Assembly: GCA_903813345.2 (NCBI GenBank)
Contig: CAIIXF020000001.1
Location: forward strand, 49,352,001 to 49,416,000
Direction of reading: 5' to 3'
Origin: Owenia fusiformis
Taxonomy: Eukaryota
Length of the DNA stretch: 64,000 nucleotides
Part shown: piece after piece, positions 14,801-29,800 of the stretch
Numbering within the stretch: the first letter of the stretch is position 1
How the letters are laid out: every line of letters starts with the position of its first letter
The notes under the pieces: model-generated
The model's input: the letters and a program-made list of their open reading frames with translations, nothing else
Told to the model about the DNA's origin: nothing
The model's database searches: none
Program-made: the position numbers and the translations under genes

Positions 14801-17800
14801 GAATGTAATCCTCAAGAATTTCTTTTCGTGAAGTTCAGTCAATTAAAAATATAAAGAGATTCTAAAATTGATTTTAGTACAACTTTAACAGTATATTTAA
14901 ATGTTTAATATTAACTTTTGTGAACAAGTCAATGGGACACATTTTTTTACTGTGACTTATATATTATCCCACCCTAAGTGCTTTATCTGTTTAAATGATT
15001 GTATTACAGCATCATATAACTGCAATATAAAACCAACACTCCTCGTATACAACTCTTGAGAACAATATACAACTCCTGGGCAGCGCATACAATTCTTCGA
15101 CCTTTTATTGATTAAAGCTTAGGGTGGGATAATGATATCATATAATAGTAAATGGTTGATTCTGTATATCGTTATACTCTTGGGAGTATAGGATATATTC
15201 ACTCGTTCCCTTTAGTCACTTGTGAATATATCATTAAGTCACTTGAGTATAAACACGATATAGAGAATCAACCGTTATATTATAACCTCATATTATATAC
15301 CTAAAGGTGCATTATCTGGATTTGCAGATAAAAAACAAAAAATTGTTGGTGCCCCAAAGAATGGTTATGACTCCAACTTATCACAAATCCAGCTAATGCA
15401 CCTTTAAGCATGGTCTTGCATACTTTACTACCTTATCTAAATAATGTACATAATCTAAGACTGATTTTCCTTTATTATCTTTGTCATGTAGTTCCTGGTA
15501 TCTACAGTATAATAATCATTATTAATATACCTAAACAAACTCATGTAATCACAATCTCTCAATTTGGCATTCGGTTCAGCCATTTTGTTTTGACATTCAA
15601 AAATATCTTGTGTATTATAGGTAGTTTATACTTCACATAAGGTTACAAATTCTTAATTGTACTTAACTACAAAGTCATAAGCTGTTCAGGAACAGATTCC
15701 TGAGAATATATCATTTGTTCTTCATAAACTAATCAGAGCAATAATTCAAGACCCTTTTCCCTAATCTAAGTAGGATGTTTTTATCCTTTACATTTGGACC
15801 GATGTCCATTTTTGCCACTAAGATTCTTGAATTCCTTTCCACATTTATCACAAGAGTATTTTATTAACTTTTTACATTTTTTTAGGTGGGTCCCTAGAGT
15901 CCAAAGATTTGGAAAATTCTTTTTACATATTTTACACTTGTACTTGTTTTCATTATTTGTTCCTGATCTTGGTTCTTGCTTCTTTTTCTTCTGAGAAGTA
16001 CCTACAACAAAAATGGCAATTACTGTCAATGGCATGACTTTATTTACCCCCTTGCATGCAATATACTTTTATAACACTTTAGATTTATTTCAAGATTAAA
16101 AATCAACAATTCGATATTAAATGGTGATTTTTTATTAGACAACTATATTCACTAGGAGTCCCACAATTACATTACAAAATGATACGATACATATATACAC
16201 ACTCTGACCATCTATAACAACAACAATGAACATATGGTTAAATGACTTTATATCCTGCTGCCCGGAACACACTGACCATCTGTAACATACTATGAACATA
16301 TGGTTCAATGACTTTATATACTGCTCCCTGTAACACACTGACCATCTGTAACATACTATGAACATATGGTTAAATGACTTTATATCCTGCTGCCCGGAAC
16401 ACACTGACCATCTGTAACATACTATGAACATATGGTTCAATGACTTTATATACTGCTCCCTGTAACACACTGACTATCTGTAACATACTATGAACATATG
16501 GTTAAATGACTTTATATCCTGCTGCCCGGAACACACTGACCATCTGTAACATACTATGAACATATGGTTCAATGACTTTATATACTGCTCCCCGTAACAC
16601 TCTGACCATCTGTAACAACAACAATGAACATATGGTTCAATGACTTTATATACTGCTCCCCGTAACACTCTGATCATCTGTAACAACAATGAACATACGG
16701 TTCAATTTACTTTATCTACTTCTCTCTGTTACACTCTGACCATCTGTAACAACAACAATTGACAATAAATCTATTGTAATACAAAAAGAAAATGAAATAA
16801 ATGAATAACTTACTTTGTGTAGGACTGGACTCGGTGTTGGGATTTTCAGCAAGGGGATTACTATTTTCGCTGCTTGCTGGAACACTCTGACCATCTGTAA
16901 CAACAACAATGAACTTATGGTTAAACTACAGTATCTACTACTTCCCGTAACGCTCTGACCATCTGTAACAACAACAATGAACATATGGTTCAATTTACTT
17001 TATCTACTTCTCTCCGTAACATTCTGACCATCTGTAACAACAACAATTGACAATAAATCTATTGTAATACAAAAAGAAAATGAAATAGATGAATAACTTA
17101 CTTTGCGTAGGACTGGACTCGGTGTTGGGATTTTCAGCAAGGGGATTACTATTTTCGCTGCTTGCTGGAACACTCTGACCATCTGTAACAACAACAATGA
17201 ACTTATGGTTAAACTACAGTATCTACTACTTCCCGTAACACTCTGACCATCTGTTACAACAACAATGAACATATGGTTCAATTTACTTTATCTACTTCTC
17301 TCCGTAACACTCTGACCATCTGTAACAACAACAATTGACAATAAATTTATTGTAATACAAAAAGAAAATGAAATAGATGAATAACTTACTTTGCGTAGGA
17401 CTGGACTCGGTGTTGGGATTTTCAGCAAGGGGATTACCATTTTCGCTGCTTGCTGGAACACTCTGACCATCTGTAACAACAACAATGAACTTATGGTTAA
17501 ACTACAGTATCTACTACTTCCCGTAACACTCTGACCATCTGTTACAACAACAATGAACATAATGTTCAATTTACTTTATCTACTTCTCTACGTTACACTC
17601 TGACCATCTGTAACAACAACAATTGACAATAAATCTATTGTAATACAAAAAGAAAATGAAATAGATGAATAACTTACTTTGCGTAGGACTGGACTCGGTG
17701 TTGGGATTTTCAGCAAGGGGATTACTATTTTCGCTGCTTGCTGGAACACTCTGACCATCTGTAACAACAACAATGAACTTATGGTTAAACTACAGTATCT

Positions 17801-20800
17801 ACTACTTCCCGTAACACTCTGACCATCTGTTACAACAACAATGAACATATGGTTCAATTTACTTTATCTACTTCTCTCCGTTACACTCTGACCATCTGTA
17901 ACAACAACAATTGACAATAAATCTATTGTAATACAAAAAGAAAATGAAATAAATGAATAACTTACTTTGTGTAGGACTGGACTCGGTGTTGGGATTTTCA
18001 GCAAGGGGATTACTATTTTCGCTGCTTGCTGGAACACTCTGACCATCTGTAACAACAACAATGAACTTATGGTTAAACTTATTGTATGGTAAAATTACTT
18101 TATTCACTTCTGTCCCTAACACTCTGACCATTTTGAACATCAATGAACATATTGGGTATCTTGTCAATATTTCTATGTATCGATATTCGACAGTGTGTAT
18201 CGAAATGCTTGTATCGTAACCAAACGAGTCAATGTATTGATGAATCATGGGACACCATATATTCACTATAAATAACATTCAAGTTAACACACTATTTTAG
18301 ATTAATGGAATTAAATCTTTCATACCACCATATTAATCAGAATTTTATATATTTCCTTGTCTATACTCAATATGATAAATTATAGTGCAGTCAGATGTCC
18401 AGAAATGAGCCCTTTAAAGTTCGTCTAATGATTTCGGGGCAAGTGATCCGGGGTGGTCTTCATGGATTTTTTAGTCTCTGACCCCCACCCCTATCAGGCG
18501 GGGAGGGGGTACATTATAAAAAATAAATAAAAATGGTTTTGAAGTAAATTTTTTTAAATGACTTCATTTGGTGATTGCTTTGAGCCTTGAAATTGAGACA
18601 AACCGATTGTAGAAGTGGTGTTTAGTGAGGAAAATACATTTTGACCCAACTATCTAGCATGAATTCATCTTTTAAAGGGTCAAATATGGGACATCAAATA
18701 ATGTATTTCAAGAATGTGATGTCTAATCATCCTGTAAAAATTCATACTAATAGGGGTATAGGTGTTTATCACAAATATAAACTTGGCTTGGGTAGCTCAT
18801 GTATTTTTTTAGATAAAAAATTATGGAAAGGATGGGTATCGACATGGCGAACTTTTTGAACACACGTTTCTCTTAAACCAGTCATCAAAAAATTCTGAAA
18901 ATTTTACACAGTGTCAATTTAATGGTCATCTTTTGAATGATAACAGTATAATTTGAAATATATATATACTTTCATCTATATTGTTTTAGAAAACACATCA
19001 AACACTTGTTTTGTTCTTGGTATCATGTTTCCAGAGTGAAATGAAACATTTTTCCGAACCTCATTGGAACAAAACGACATAAACACAACATGTTTAGGTC
19101 TCTCAATATTGTAATTGTACGATGGAAATTTTGGTTGATTTTAAAAAAGTATCTTGTTAATGAAATAAAAGGTCTATCTTGATTTTTATCTATTTTGGGG
19201 GGATTTTGTTTTAATTTTTTGAATACTTTTTTAAAATCAACCAAAATTCCTTTGTATAACTATAATATTGAGAGGTCTAAAAACATGTCGTATATGCTAT
19301 TTTGTTCCAACAAGGTTCGGAAAGATTTTATTTCATTCTCAAGAATTGGTACAGTGAATAATGACAGTCAATGATTGGACACAAGAATACCATTTATTCT
19401 ATTTACCTATTTTCTTAAAATGTATGGATAAATTATCAATTTCAGCATTAAGAAGTGTAAATTCAGTTCAAAGCTTCAAAAAGGGGACTTCCACTTTTAT
19501 ATTTTAAGATCCACCATGTTTCAAGAGGAATATCAGCTAAAATAATGTTTATCTAGGGGGTTTCTTTGTAGATAATAAAAATAGATGTTAGTCTTGATGA
19601 AATATCCAAACTTAAATATTATTTGACACTGGTCCATGATCATTGAATGACCCCTCTGCACTAATAATTGCACCTTTAAAGCAACAAAGTTTAAACTTCT
19701 TCATCTTTGCATTTTTATTGGAAAGGGAGTACCCGAATATTTAAGTTTAATGTTACTCTTACCATTTCACTTGTGATTTTATCCATTGTAGGCTACTAGT
19801 ATGTTGTAATACCTGGTATTGATTCATTGCAAATTAGCAAATTAAAAAGATCAAATGAGTATTAACAAAGTTATGTTAAAAGTGTAGGAGACATGTAAGA
19901 ACTTATGATATCTAGAAGAAATCTTGGGAAACTCATAAAAGTTTAACTAGTCTTGCATTACTCTTGTTAAAAAGAACAAGATCAAAGGAGCAAATAGGTT
20001 ATCGCAAACAATTTCAAATGATTCTAACTTGAATTATGAATATTTTTCTGATCATGAACATGGGTGTATCTTTTAGATCCATTCATTATCTTCAAGAAAA
20101 GTATATATAATGATAATTTAGTTAATCAGACCTAAGTGATATTGAAGGGGCCATGGATCAATCAACATACTTTTTCAAGAATGTTGACCTAATTTTCACC
20201 AAAAATGCAACCTTTTATTATATTGTTGAATGCATAATTAAGATATGCTTTGAGACATGTTTGATTTCCTAAAAGGAAAAGTTTATTGCTCCAGTGACTT
20301 TAAAGATAGTGAATTTAGATGACCAAAATGAACAGAAACCAATGGACAGCATGAGATTTTTCAATGGAGTACACTTACCTTAAAGCAATTCTTAAAATCG
20401 CGGATTCGGTAGTATTGAATCTCTAATAAAGATGGCGCGAAAGTTTTTCCTTATAAGGTCAAAATATTTCCCATGATGCAGTTCGCGGGGGAACAAAATT
20501 TTCTACCTTGTTTTTCCCCGTTGGTTTAACATGGGGATTTTCATACCCATTTTTCAAGCGATATTTTCGATCGAATCTCCATGCGATCGGAGAAAACAAA
20601 CTATCAGAAACAATTAGTCTTTTAATAATCTTTATATAACATATATTTTTTTTCATTTTATTGGCTCCTAACGGGGTGAAAACAATGATTGAAAATGGGA
20701 GTATATTCCGGAAGAGAAGAAGTCACGTGACTAGTCGCCATATTGGAAAAAGCAATTCCATTCGACTTTCAACACGTTCATGCCAATATTACCGCACTAC

Positions 20801-23800
20801 AAACTGTAACATCGATGCAACAACTGAATAAAAGTACTCATCTTCATATTACATTATAGAGTTACGTTGAAAACCCACAAACAACTGAGCATTTGACCAA
20901 AGAAGACACGTCGCTATTATCTAGGTCAAGTTTAGTGGTTCGAAAGCAAATCTTACATACTCGTTTCCGAATTTTGTTGTTAATTGTATAATCTTTTATT
21001 GATTAAATCTGGTATACTGACTATTAATTCAATGACAAAGAAGAAGAATTCCGATGGTGTCATTTTTTTATTTAGCTTGCGGGTGTAAAAACAAAATTGC
21101 GTAATTAATTTGATTTAGAACTTTCGGGTCTCACAAATAGCTACACGAAATGCATCGTTGAAAAATATTGACCAATCAAATTTTGTCCTTTTTGAGTACA
21201 TATATGCACCATATATGCGAACGTTCTGATTCAAAGAGCGAACAGCGAAATGGAGAATTAAAATTTCTTTCAAGAACTATTTGATACATCAAAATAAAGA
21301 ATAGTAATGCATTAAACATTGTAAAAAATGATTGCATTTTTGGTGAAAATTGGGTCAACATCTTTGAAAAAGTGTGTTGATGGGTTGATTGCTATTTAAA
21401 TATCTCTGAGTTAGTTTGACTTTATTATTACTGTATATAATTTTCTTTCAGATAATGAATTGATCTTAAAGATAAACCTGTCTTCATTGTCAGAAAATAG
21501 TCATTATCCAAGATATAACATTCTGAAATTGTTTGCGATAACCTACGTGCTCCCTTATGCAGACAAAAAATTATTCAACATTGTTTGGGTCACTTTTTTT
21601 GGGCAACCCTGTAATTTGTGTTGGTTATCTTGGATTGTAAGAATTAGGATTCAGTTGACATGTACTGTCAGGCCATTTGGATAGTTGTCCATATTCCTCA
21701 ATAAGAACGGTCTGAATAAAATACATGATTATTAGTTAGAGTCTTTGAAAACATGTTGTATATTTGATAAATCATAATTAAATATATATCATTTAAAAAT
21801 GTAATGATATGTATTATACTTTGTCAGCATATAAAATTGAGATATGAGATCTATTAAAAAAGGTGCAGGGCCGCCAATGTGCACAAGATAATGTTTTTGC
21901 TATAAATCGGGCAACACTACACGACCTGTAATAAAAACTTGTAAGTAAGGTTATCATAACTAAATTAATGCTATTGCTGATTTTATAGAATGAGTTTATA
22001 TAAACATTATATAAAAAAAGATTATTGAACAATGGGTAAATTTTTGATGACCAAAATTATGTTGAAAACAATGGAAAGCATGAGTTTTCCCTATGGAGAA
22101 ATTACATGGGATTTGTGGTTATCACATTTATCTCCATTTACTCCCCATTATATTTTCAGAAATTGTTAATATAGTGTAGAAGAAGCTTTTGATATACATG
22201 TATTTAAGTTGAGGAAAACAAGATCCTCTTTTTAGAAAATAAGTCTAACATTTTTTTTAAATTGACAAGGTGGGGTTCTTCTCATCCATAATCTTTCAGA
22301 GAAATAGATTGAAATTTTGATTATCATGGGGACTTCACTTTAAAGAAAATGTATTGATTAAATGAAAAACACTGTATTCATGGCCAGACAGTACTTATGT
22401 GGAAAGATATAACTGTCTTAAATCACTTGCCATACTAAACCTGGTCTTTTCCCCATATTTTCATTCTGCTTTCTTCAGTTTCTTATTAAGTTACTGAGTT
22501 CATTATTCAGATTCAAGTTCTTCTGTTAAGTTGATTCAATTTATAGACATATTGCATTCCCCTCCATACCATCTCCCCGCCATCCAATTTTCAATTATTT
22601 TTTATTCAAAATATGGAGAATTATTTTATAAAGTCAGCAAGTACATTAATTTTTTATGATAACTGATAATATATAGCTTTTTGTGCTACATTGAACCTTT
22701 GACATGCTCCCTTAAACCAAGTAACACTTGACATAATTTATACACATTGATTCTGATCATGCAATTTTAGCTCCGATTCCGTTACTCGGCTGGGAAAAAA
22801 AGGTTTGCTGGCATCATTTTGTTCCAGACACTCTCTAGAATAAATTCATCTTGGGTGGAATAAAAATGTGTGGTAAACGAATTCGCTATGGGCAGTTAAA
22901 GAGGCGCCATCTATTCATTTTCAAACAGGGGGTAGGGGTATAAAATAATTTTTTAACACATTTTAATAGTAAAATGACATTGAAATACTAATAAAATCTT
23001 ATCAAAAACATTATTTACAATCAGTATGAATTTTCTTGTGTGTATTAGGGTGAAAAAAGGGCATGTCTTGAAATTTACTACAGGGGTGCCACCTATTTTT
23101 GTACTTCTACCACGTGTAATAACTTATTTTAGATTCGTTAAGGTACAAAATGAACTGAAAAATTCATTCTGAAGGACCTATATATGTTAATACCACATAT
23201 TTAAAATTGGATCAATAGCTTTTGTACCTTCGGAGGTACCTTATATGTTTTTATATATTTTTGTATTTTTAGTTTAGTTAGTGTTTTGTAGTTTAGATAT
23301 GTAGACCATAGTTCTGACTAATGTAATCATGTTATGATACTATACAGTGTGTCCCATAAAAAACGCAACAAACAAAAACATTGTAAAATCACAAAACCAG
23401 TGATGATTACATCAATTTCATTTAGTTTATCATGAAGCCACATGTCTCCCCTTTACAATGGTATGTTATTTGTTCATATCTGATCATGGACCACTGGAAA
23501 ATCATTGTTTTTTCGTACATGGGTGAAAAGGCCTTTGTGCCAAGTAATGAAATATCAATCAACTGATCCTTAATTGTGCAATCAGATAAATCATTATGTA
23601 ATTGGTACTGGTGAATTTCAAGATATGCCCTTATTTTCACCCTAATCCATACAAGAAAATTCATACTGATTGTAAATAATGTTTTTGATAAGATTTTATT
23701 AGTATTTCAATGTCATTTTACTATTGAGATGTGTTAAAAAATTATTTTATACCCCTACCCCCTGTTTGAAAATGAATAGATGGCGCCTCTTTAACTGCCC

Positions 23801-26800
23801 ATAGCGAATTCTTTTACCACACATTTTTATTCCACCCAAGATGAATTTATTCTAGAGAGTGTCTGGAACAAAATGATACCAACAAACCTTTTTTCCCAGC
23901 CGAGTAACGAAATCGGAGCTAGGGAAAGGATCATACAGGTAGATTCAATTTAATCATTTATTAAGAGGGAAAATAGCTTTCCCAAGCCAGTGGGTGTTTA
24001 TTTCAAGGGATATTATTGATTGCAAAGTTGACACATGGCCTTCATCATCACACAATTTTAATACTTTCATTGACAAAATCACTGTTTTTGAAACTTCATA
24101 AAATCTGAGCCTTATATTCTGCCTTCAAAAATTTAGTAAAGGACACAAATTGCACTATAAGAATGATGCAAACCATCATGCTTGTGCAAATGTCTGTTAT
24201 TTATTGAATAAGTTTTACTTTTTTGTTCTGTCACTTTAATTCTCTGCCCGATTTTCAACATTTCAAGAATTAAGTTTTAAGGGGTTTGGGGAATCACAGG
24301 TAAAACTTAATTAGCCAAGTTAAGTTTTTAAACAGACATTTTATGTGATCAACATCACTGTTGTCTTCCCTTAAGCAAACCAGATTACATTCGGATTGAT
24401 ACATGAACAAAAAATCAAATTAACGTTCATAGTTTGTACCGCGTATTTATGAAAATCAGAATAAAAATCTGATTTTTGGCAAATCAGGATTTTGAAAAAA
24501 ATCAGGCTGAGCATTAAAAAAGCGGGATTTGTCCAGATTTAATCAGGATTTGACATTAGTAGTATCATGGGATAAATACAGATAACTTGTCTTAGTAGAA
24601 CACCTTTGGTACCTCAAAAGTGTTCCACTTGGAAAAATGTTCCATTCCCCTTGGAAGGTGATCTATTCCACTTGTAGATATTCATTAAGTCAATTGGTCT
24701 TGGAACTTCAAAAAGTGTTTAACTTCATGAGATATTGGACTTCTAGAAGTGTTCGACATCACAGATTCCACTGTTTTAAAAACTTATAACTTATGTTTCT
24801 ATTTCCTTTTTTCAACTTGCTTCAAATTGACCATTTTTCAAAATCAAATTTCAAATACATAACAGATATGAAAATGTTTCACTTACAGCACTAAAAGACA
24901 TATGTGAGAGGGTGTCAAATAAAAAAAAGATATATATACTGTTTCCATGACAATCCTATAAGCCGATCTTTTTCCAGATTTGAAAATGTTACACTTTCAC
25001 AAAATGGGACACTGTCTATTAGGCCAATAAACTTAAAACATAAACCTAACTTTAGAGTTGTTATAATTGAACTTGCTTCATGATGTTTATGTTTTAACAA
25101 ATAGATAGTTCAAAATATTAGGTTTTACTGTGCTTGCACACTTATATTGAGGTACTATGTAGTAATTTGTTTGAAAGTAAAATATACCATTGCTTCTGAC
25201 AAGTTCATTTTATGGCCAAAGTCCAACATCCATGTCCAAATCAAATCTTCATTAGACAAGGGAAAAACCAATAATTTAGCATAGCAAAGCCTTATTATGC
25301 ATTCTTTTAATAGTAAAAATACTCTTGCTACAAATATGCATTGAACTTTAAATGGCATCACTGTATTTGCCTCAAGGTCTTATTTCAAAATTATATTTCT
25401 CTTATACAGGGTGACCCAAATTGAGTGCAACACATAACACAGTTAATGAGATCATAAATATAATAGACACATTCAATTTTTATTTTTCCAAAAAATGGAG
25501 ATGAGATGATAACAATCTACTTCATTAATATATACATTATGAGGTACATTATTTTTTGAAAATGAAATGTTGATTTATGATATTATTAACAATCTCATGA
25601 GTTGCAACCATTTTTGGTCACCTTGTATTTCTGATAGGCCATTTTGATAAAATCAGAAAAAAAATTAAATGTGTTAAGATAGAGATTATCATATATTGGG
25701 TTCAGGATTTTGGGATTATCCTAAGGCTAGTACGGGAGTTTCTCCGGAATAGGATAGATTAGATAGAGATTATCATATATGGGGTTCAGGATATTGGGAT
25801 TATCCCAAGGCTAGTACGGGAGTTTCTCCGGAATAGGATAGATTAGATAGAGATTATCATATATGGGGTTCACGACATTGGGATTATCCCAAGGCTAGTA
25901 CGGGAGTCTCTCCGGAATAGGATAGATTAGATAGAGATTATCATATATGGGGTTCAGGATATTGGGATTAGAGATTATCATATATGGGGTTCAGGATATT
26001 GGGATTATCCCAAGGCTAGTACGGGAGTTTCTCCGGAATAGGATAGATTAGATAGAGATTATCATATATGGGGTTCAGGATATTGGGATTATCCCAAGGC
26101 TAGTACGGGAGTTTCTCCGGAATAGGATAGATTAGATAGAGATTATCATATATGGGGTTCAGGATATTGGGATTATCCCAAGGCTAGTACCGGAGTTTCT
26201 CCTGAATAGGCCCAGTTTTTTTGCGAGGGCATTTATTTGAAAGAACTTTCAATATTGTCAGTGTGCATAAATTTTGAGGGATACGATCACCCTCTGGAAG
26301 TGACAGTGACAGTGTTGATTGACTTTATTACAACTGATGTGATCCTATTAATCGAAACTACCGAACTTGTGTCAGCCTGATTATAGTTCCATGTATCGTT
26401 CTGATAAGATTTGAAATATAATCTTTATTTTAAAAATTAAATGGTGTCATATTTTTATTAGGGGTACCACGATACGAGAAATTGAACATCGATACGTATC
26501 TACGATACTTACCTCACGATACGATACGAACGATACGATACAATGATACATCGTAAATTGAAGTAAAACTGAACTTTATTTAATTTTTTAAACTTGTAAA
26601 GCCGGGAGTACTTCAGCCGGATTACGTTTATTTCACATCACGACAAAAGAAAGGTGTAAAAGATGCTAACATCGATTAAAACATCTTAACGACGTGTGGT
26701 ATTCGGGAACTAGAGGGGCAAACGAAGGTGGCAAGCAAGATATGTAATACTATGACTGTCTGTCATCGCTAAGCGCCAAGTTTTTCCCTTCAAGAAGGGA

Positions 26801-29800
26801 CTTCCGGTCAAAAAACGATACGACCGATATTCATTTTATGTATCGATACAGCTCGTATCGGAGGTGAATTGCTCGAGCGCTCGAGCACTCGAGCGCTCGT
26901 GGTACCCCTAATTTTTATATGTAACTTGTAACAATGTACACTTACATGTATGTACATTAAAACTTGTATAACATGAACACCACTGTGATTGACCAAATAC
27001 ATCTTGATTTGGCCATTCAAAATAATTATTTGTTTAACACATCCTACCAAAATTCCAAATCTAGATTATTAGAATATAATTTTTTGTATTTCAAAATAAA
27101 GTCTATATTATTTAATAGTGAAAATATCATAGCACAAATAGAACAACATGCAGAAAAACTTATAGGACCCATATAAAGTTTAAACCTCTTTGGCTTATAT
27201 TATAGTCCTACAAAATGTTATCAAAATGTTGTATGATAAACTTTCGAATTTAATTTCAAAATGGGGATTTTGAAGGACTTTTTGTTCGAAAAGTTGAGAA
27301 CTTATTTCAAATAATTCTTTTGATCTCATCCGCATAAATTAATAAGCAGTAATTCACACCAATAGATAGCATACATCTAATTTATGTTGAAAGAACTTAC
27401 AAGTGCAGAAAAGTGGTTCAGAGAAAAAGGCATTTAAAAATGTAGTCTCATTGAAACCATTTTTTTTTATATGATAAACTATTTATTTCATGATAATCAA
27501 ATTTACATCGAATGGCTTGCCAATCGCCTAGTGGCATTATAGGCCAAGCTTAATTACATGATATATATTTTATACAATTAGGAACAGCATTTTGTCCATT
27601 GTGGCATAGAAGAACTGGGAGTGTCTGGCTAAGAATGAGAGTTAAGTGTCAAGTTTTTGGTTCCCTGAGGGCCAAAAGGGAGATGAGGATGATTCAAAAA
27701 AAATTATGGAAGGGGTTTTATTTCGTATTTTCTTGGATAAAGTTTGCAATGTTTTCAAAAAGTTCATTCTTTTGAAGGATTGAAAGGTCATTACTTCCAT
27801 ATATTCAAGATATCAAATCTCTGCTTCGTAGGATATTTATTGAAGAACATACAGCTCTGCAGTCTGCTTCAAAGTCATAATTTAGAGTTTAGACCGTTCC
27901 ATACTTATTTCTGGGTGAAATATGTGGTTAATATTGCCTTATCCTCTAAACCCTGAAAGGGCACAATTCCCATCACATAATTTTGGCTCATCTAAAACGT
28001 TAGATATAAGACAAAAAATACAAAATTATCGTTTTGTAAATAACCATGTTTTATTTAGAACAGATTAACAGCAAGAACAGCATACTGTAGAGGAGTAAAT
28101 GATATGTGAGTCAAAAACAGTTTTGTGTAACATTCATTGTCATTGTCATTTTCAAAAACATACTATATCGAGTAGATGTTTATATTATAACAAGTAATGT
28201 ATCCTACCAAATATTCAAAAAGATGACATGTACAAGAAATAGAAAATGTATAAGAAATAGCACTGCTTTGCTGGAGTAGTGGAAGGTGTTCCTTCATTAT
28301 ATAGTTTGTAAATTCAGCAATATAATATATAAGGGTTTTGCACTGGGAGGTTTTGGATACAGGGAATATCCCGAGGGATATACAATATATCTTCCCGAGG
28401 GACCGAAGGGACCGAGGGAAGATGTATTGTATATCCCAAGGGATATTCCATGTATCCAAACCGACCGTGCATAACTGGTGTATCTCATACTTTTTTTTTT
28501 CACTTTTTTTCACTTTTTTAAACTTTTGAAAAATTCCCGGGAGCGGGATGGATATATTATATCTGCCCGCATTTGGCCTGGAGCGGGACATATACAATAT
28601 ATCCTGCCCGCTCCTCGGATATGATATATATTCCCGAGTGATATCTACCCCAAACCCACTTAAGTATGAGATACACATGTTTACTCCATACCTAGTGGTG
28701 TTATAGGTAAAAAACATGAAGGAATATAGTTGATATCTGTCGTGAGCGAGTGATATACATTTGTATATAGAATTTGGTTTATCAAATGAGAAAATACTTG
28801 TCAAAAAGTGTCTCCTTTTTTGGACATCTGATAGATGATAATATTAGAAGAATAAATCATATTCTACTAATTATAGAATAAATCAGTTACTAAATGCTTG
28901 ATTTCTATATATAGAATTAATTCCTCGCAATGTCATGTCTATTTACACAATCAGCCAGGTAACTCTTTTTTCTGTTTGCTTCATCTGATTCTCATTATTA
29001 TTTTTGTTGTGTAGCTGACAACCGAAATTCCATTTCGTGGGAAGCTGTTTCTCTGCTTCTTGTAGATTAAGGGGGTTGGTTAACATATATTCCCTGATAC
29101 ATTAGTTTTGACAGGAATAGTAGTCTTAGTATTCTTCAGCATAGGTAACGGAACACATCCTGGAATCACAATAGAATATCATATTTAATAATCCCTGATT
29201 TTATTTACTGTGCAAACAGTTTTAAGTCATAAAAGTTTTAAATTAAGGTAGCATATCATAAATGAAAATGTAACTCAATACCTTAATTATATCACATCAT
29301 TTTATATGTAGGAGTTACAAGTTATCAATTGCTATGTTTTAGATACGATTTTGTTCACCCTGTGCCTTGTCTTCATTGTAAATAAAAGGTTATTTGTGAC
29401 TACAATATGATGTAATATTTTCTGCGGAAATGTAATCATGTAATCAATTTGTTTCTTTTGTCAATTGATGTGCAAGTGTCCAATAAAATTGTTATTACAG
29501 TTGAGGTATGGTGTTGAAATATTCTATTAATAAAAACATTATAAACATTTTAAGATGGCCATTTTGGATTTTCTGTCCCAAAAACTGTATTCTATTCGAG
29601 GGTGCGATTGTGTTCACTCTGTGTCTTGTTCTAGCTCTATTTTATTTTGCCCTATCATCACATATAATAAATTATCAAATAAGATATCATCAACATTACA
29701 TTCCCAATAAAACAAGTTGCCCTCTGGCTTTCTATACGAATTCATTTCCTAAAATTAGGATCTTGAGACGTATTGCCACTTTTACTAGTTGGATACTTCG

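Noticed and set aside
16195..18080. Regularly spaced repeats that could look like a CRISPR array
   Set aside because: The intervening sequences are themselves repeated rather than unique spacers, there are no cas genes, and the context is a spliced eukaryotic gene
16135..18278. Series of 65-136-aa minus-strand ORFs in the ORF track
   Set aside because: These are unspliced read-through of tandem repeats; the spliced 81-nt exon model explains the signals better
28163..28804. 213-aa minus-strand ORF
   Set aside because: Starts at a non-ATG codon, runs through a palindromic MITE-like repeat, and has no recognisable domain
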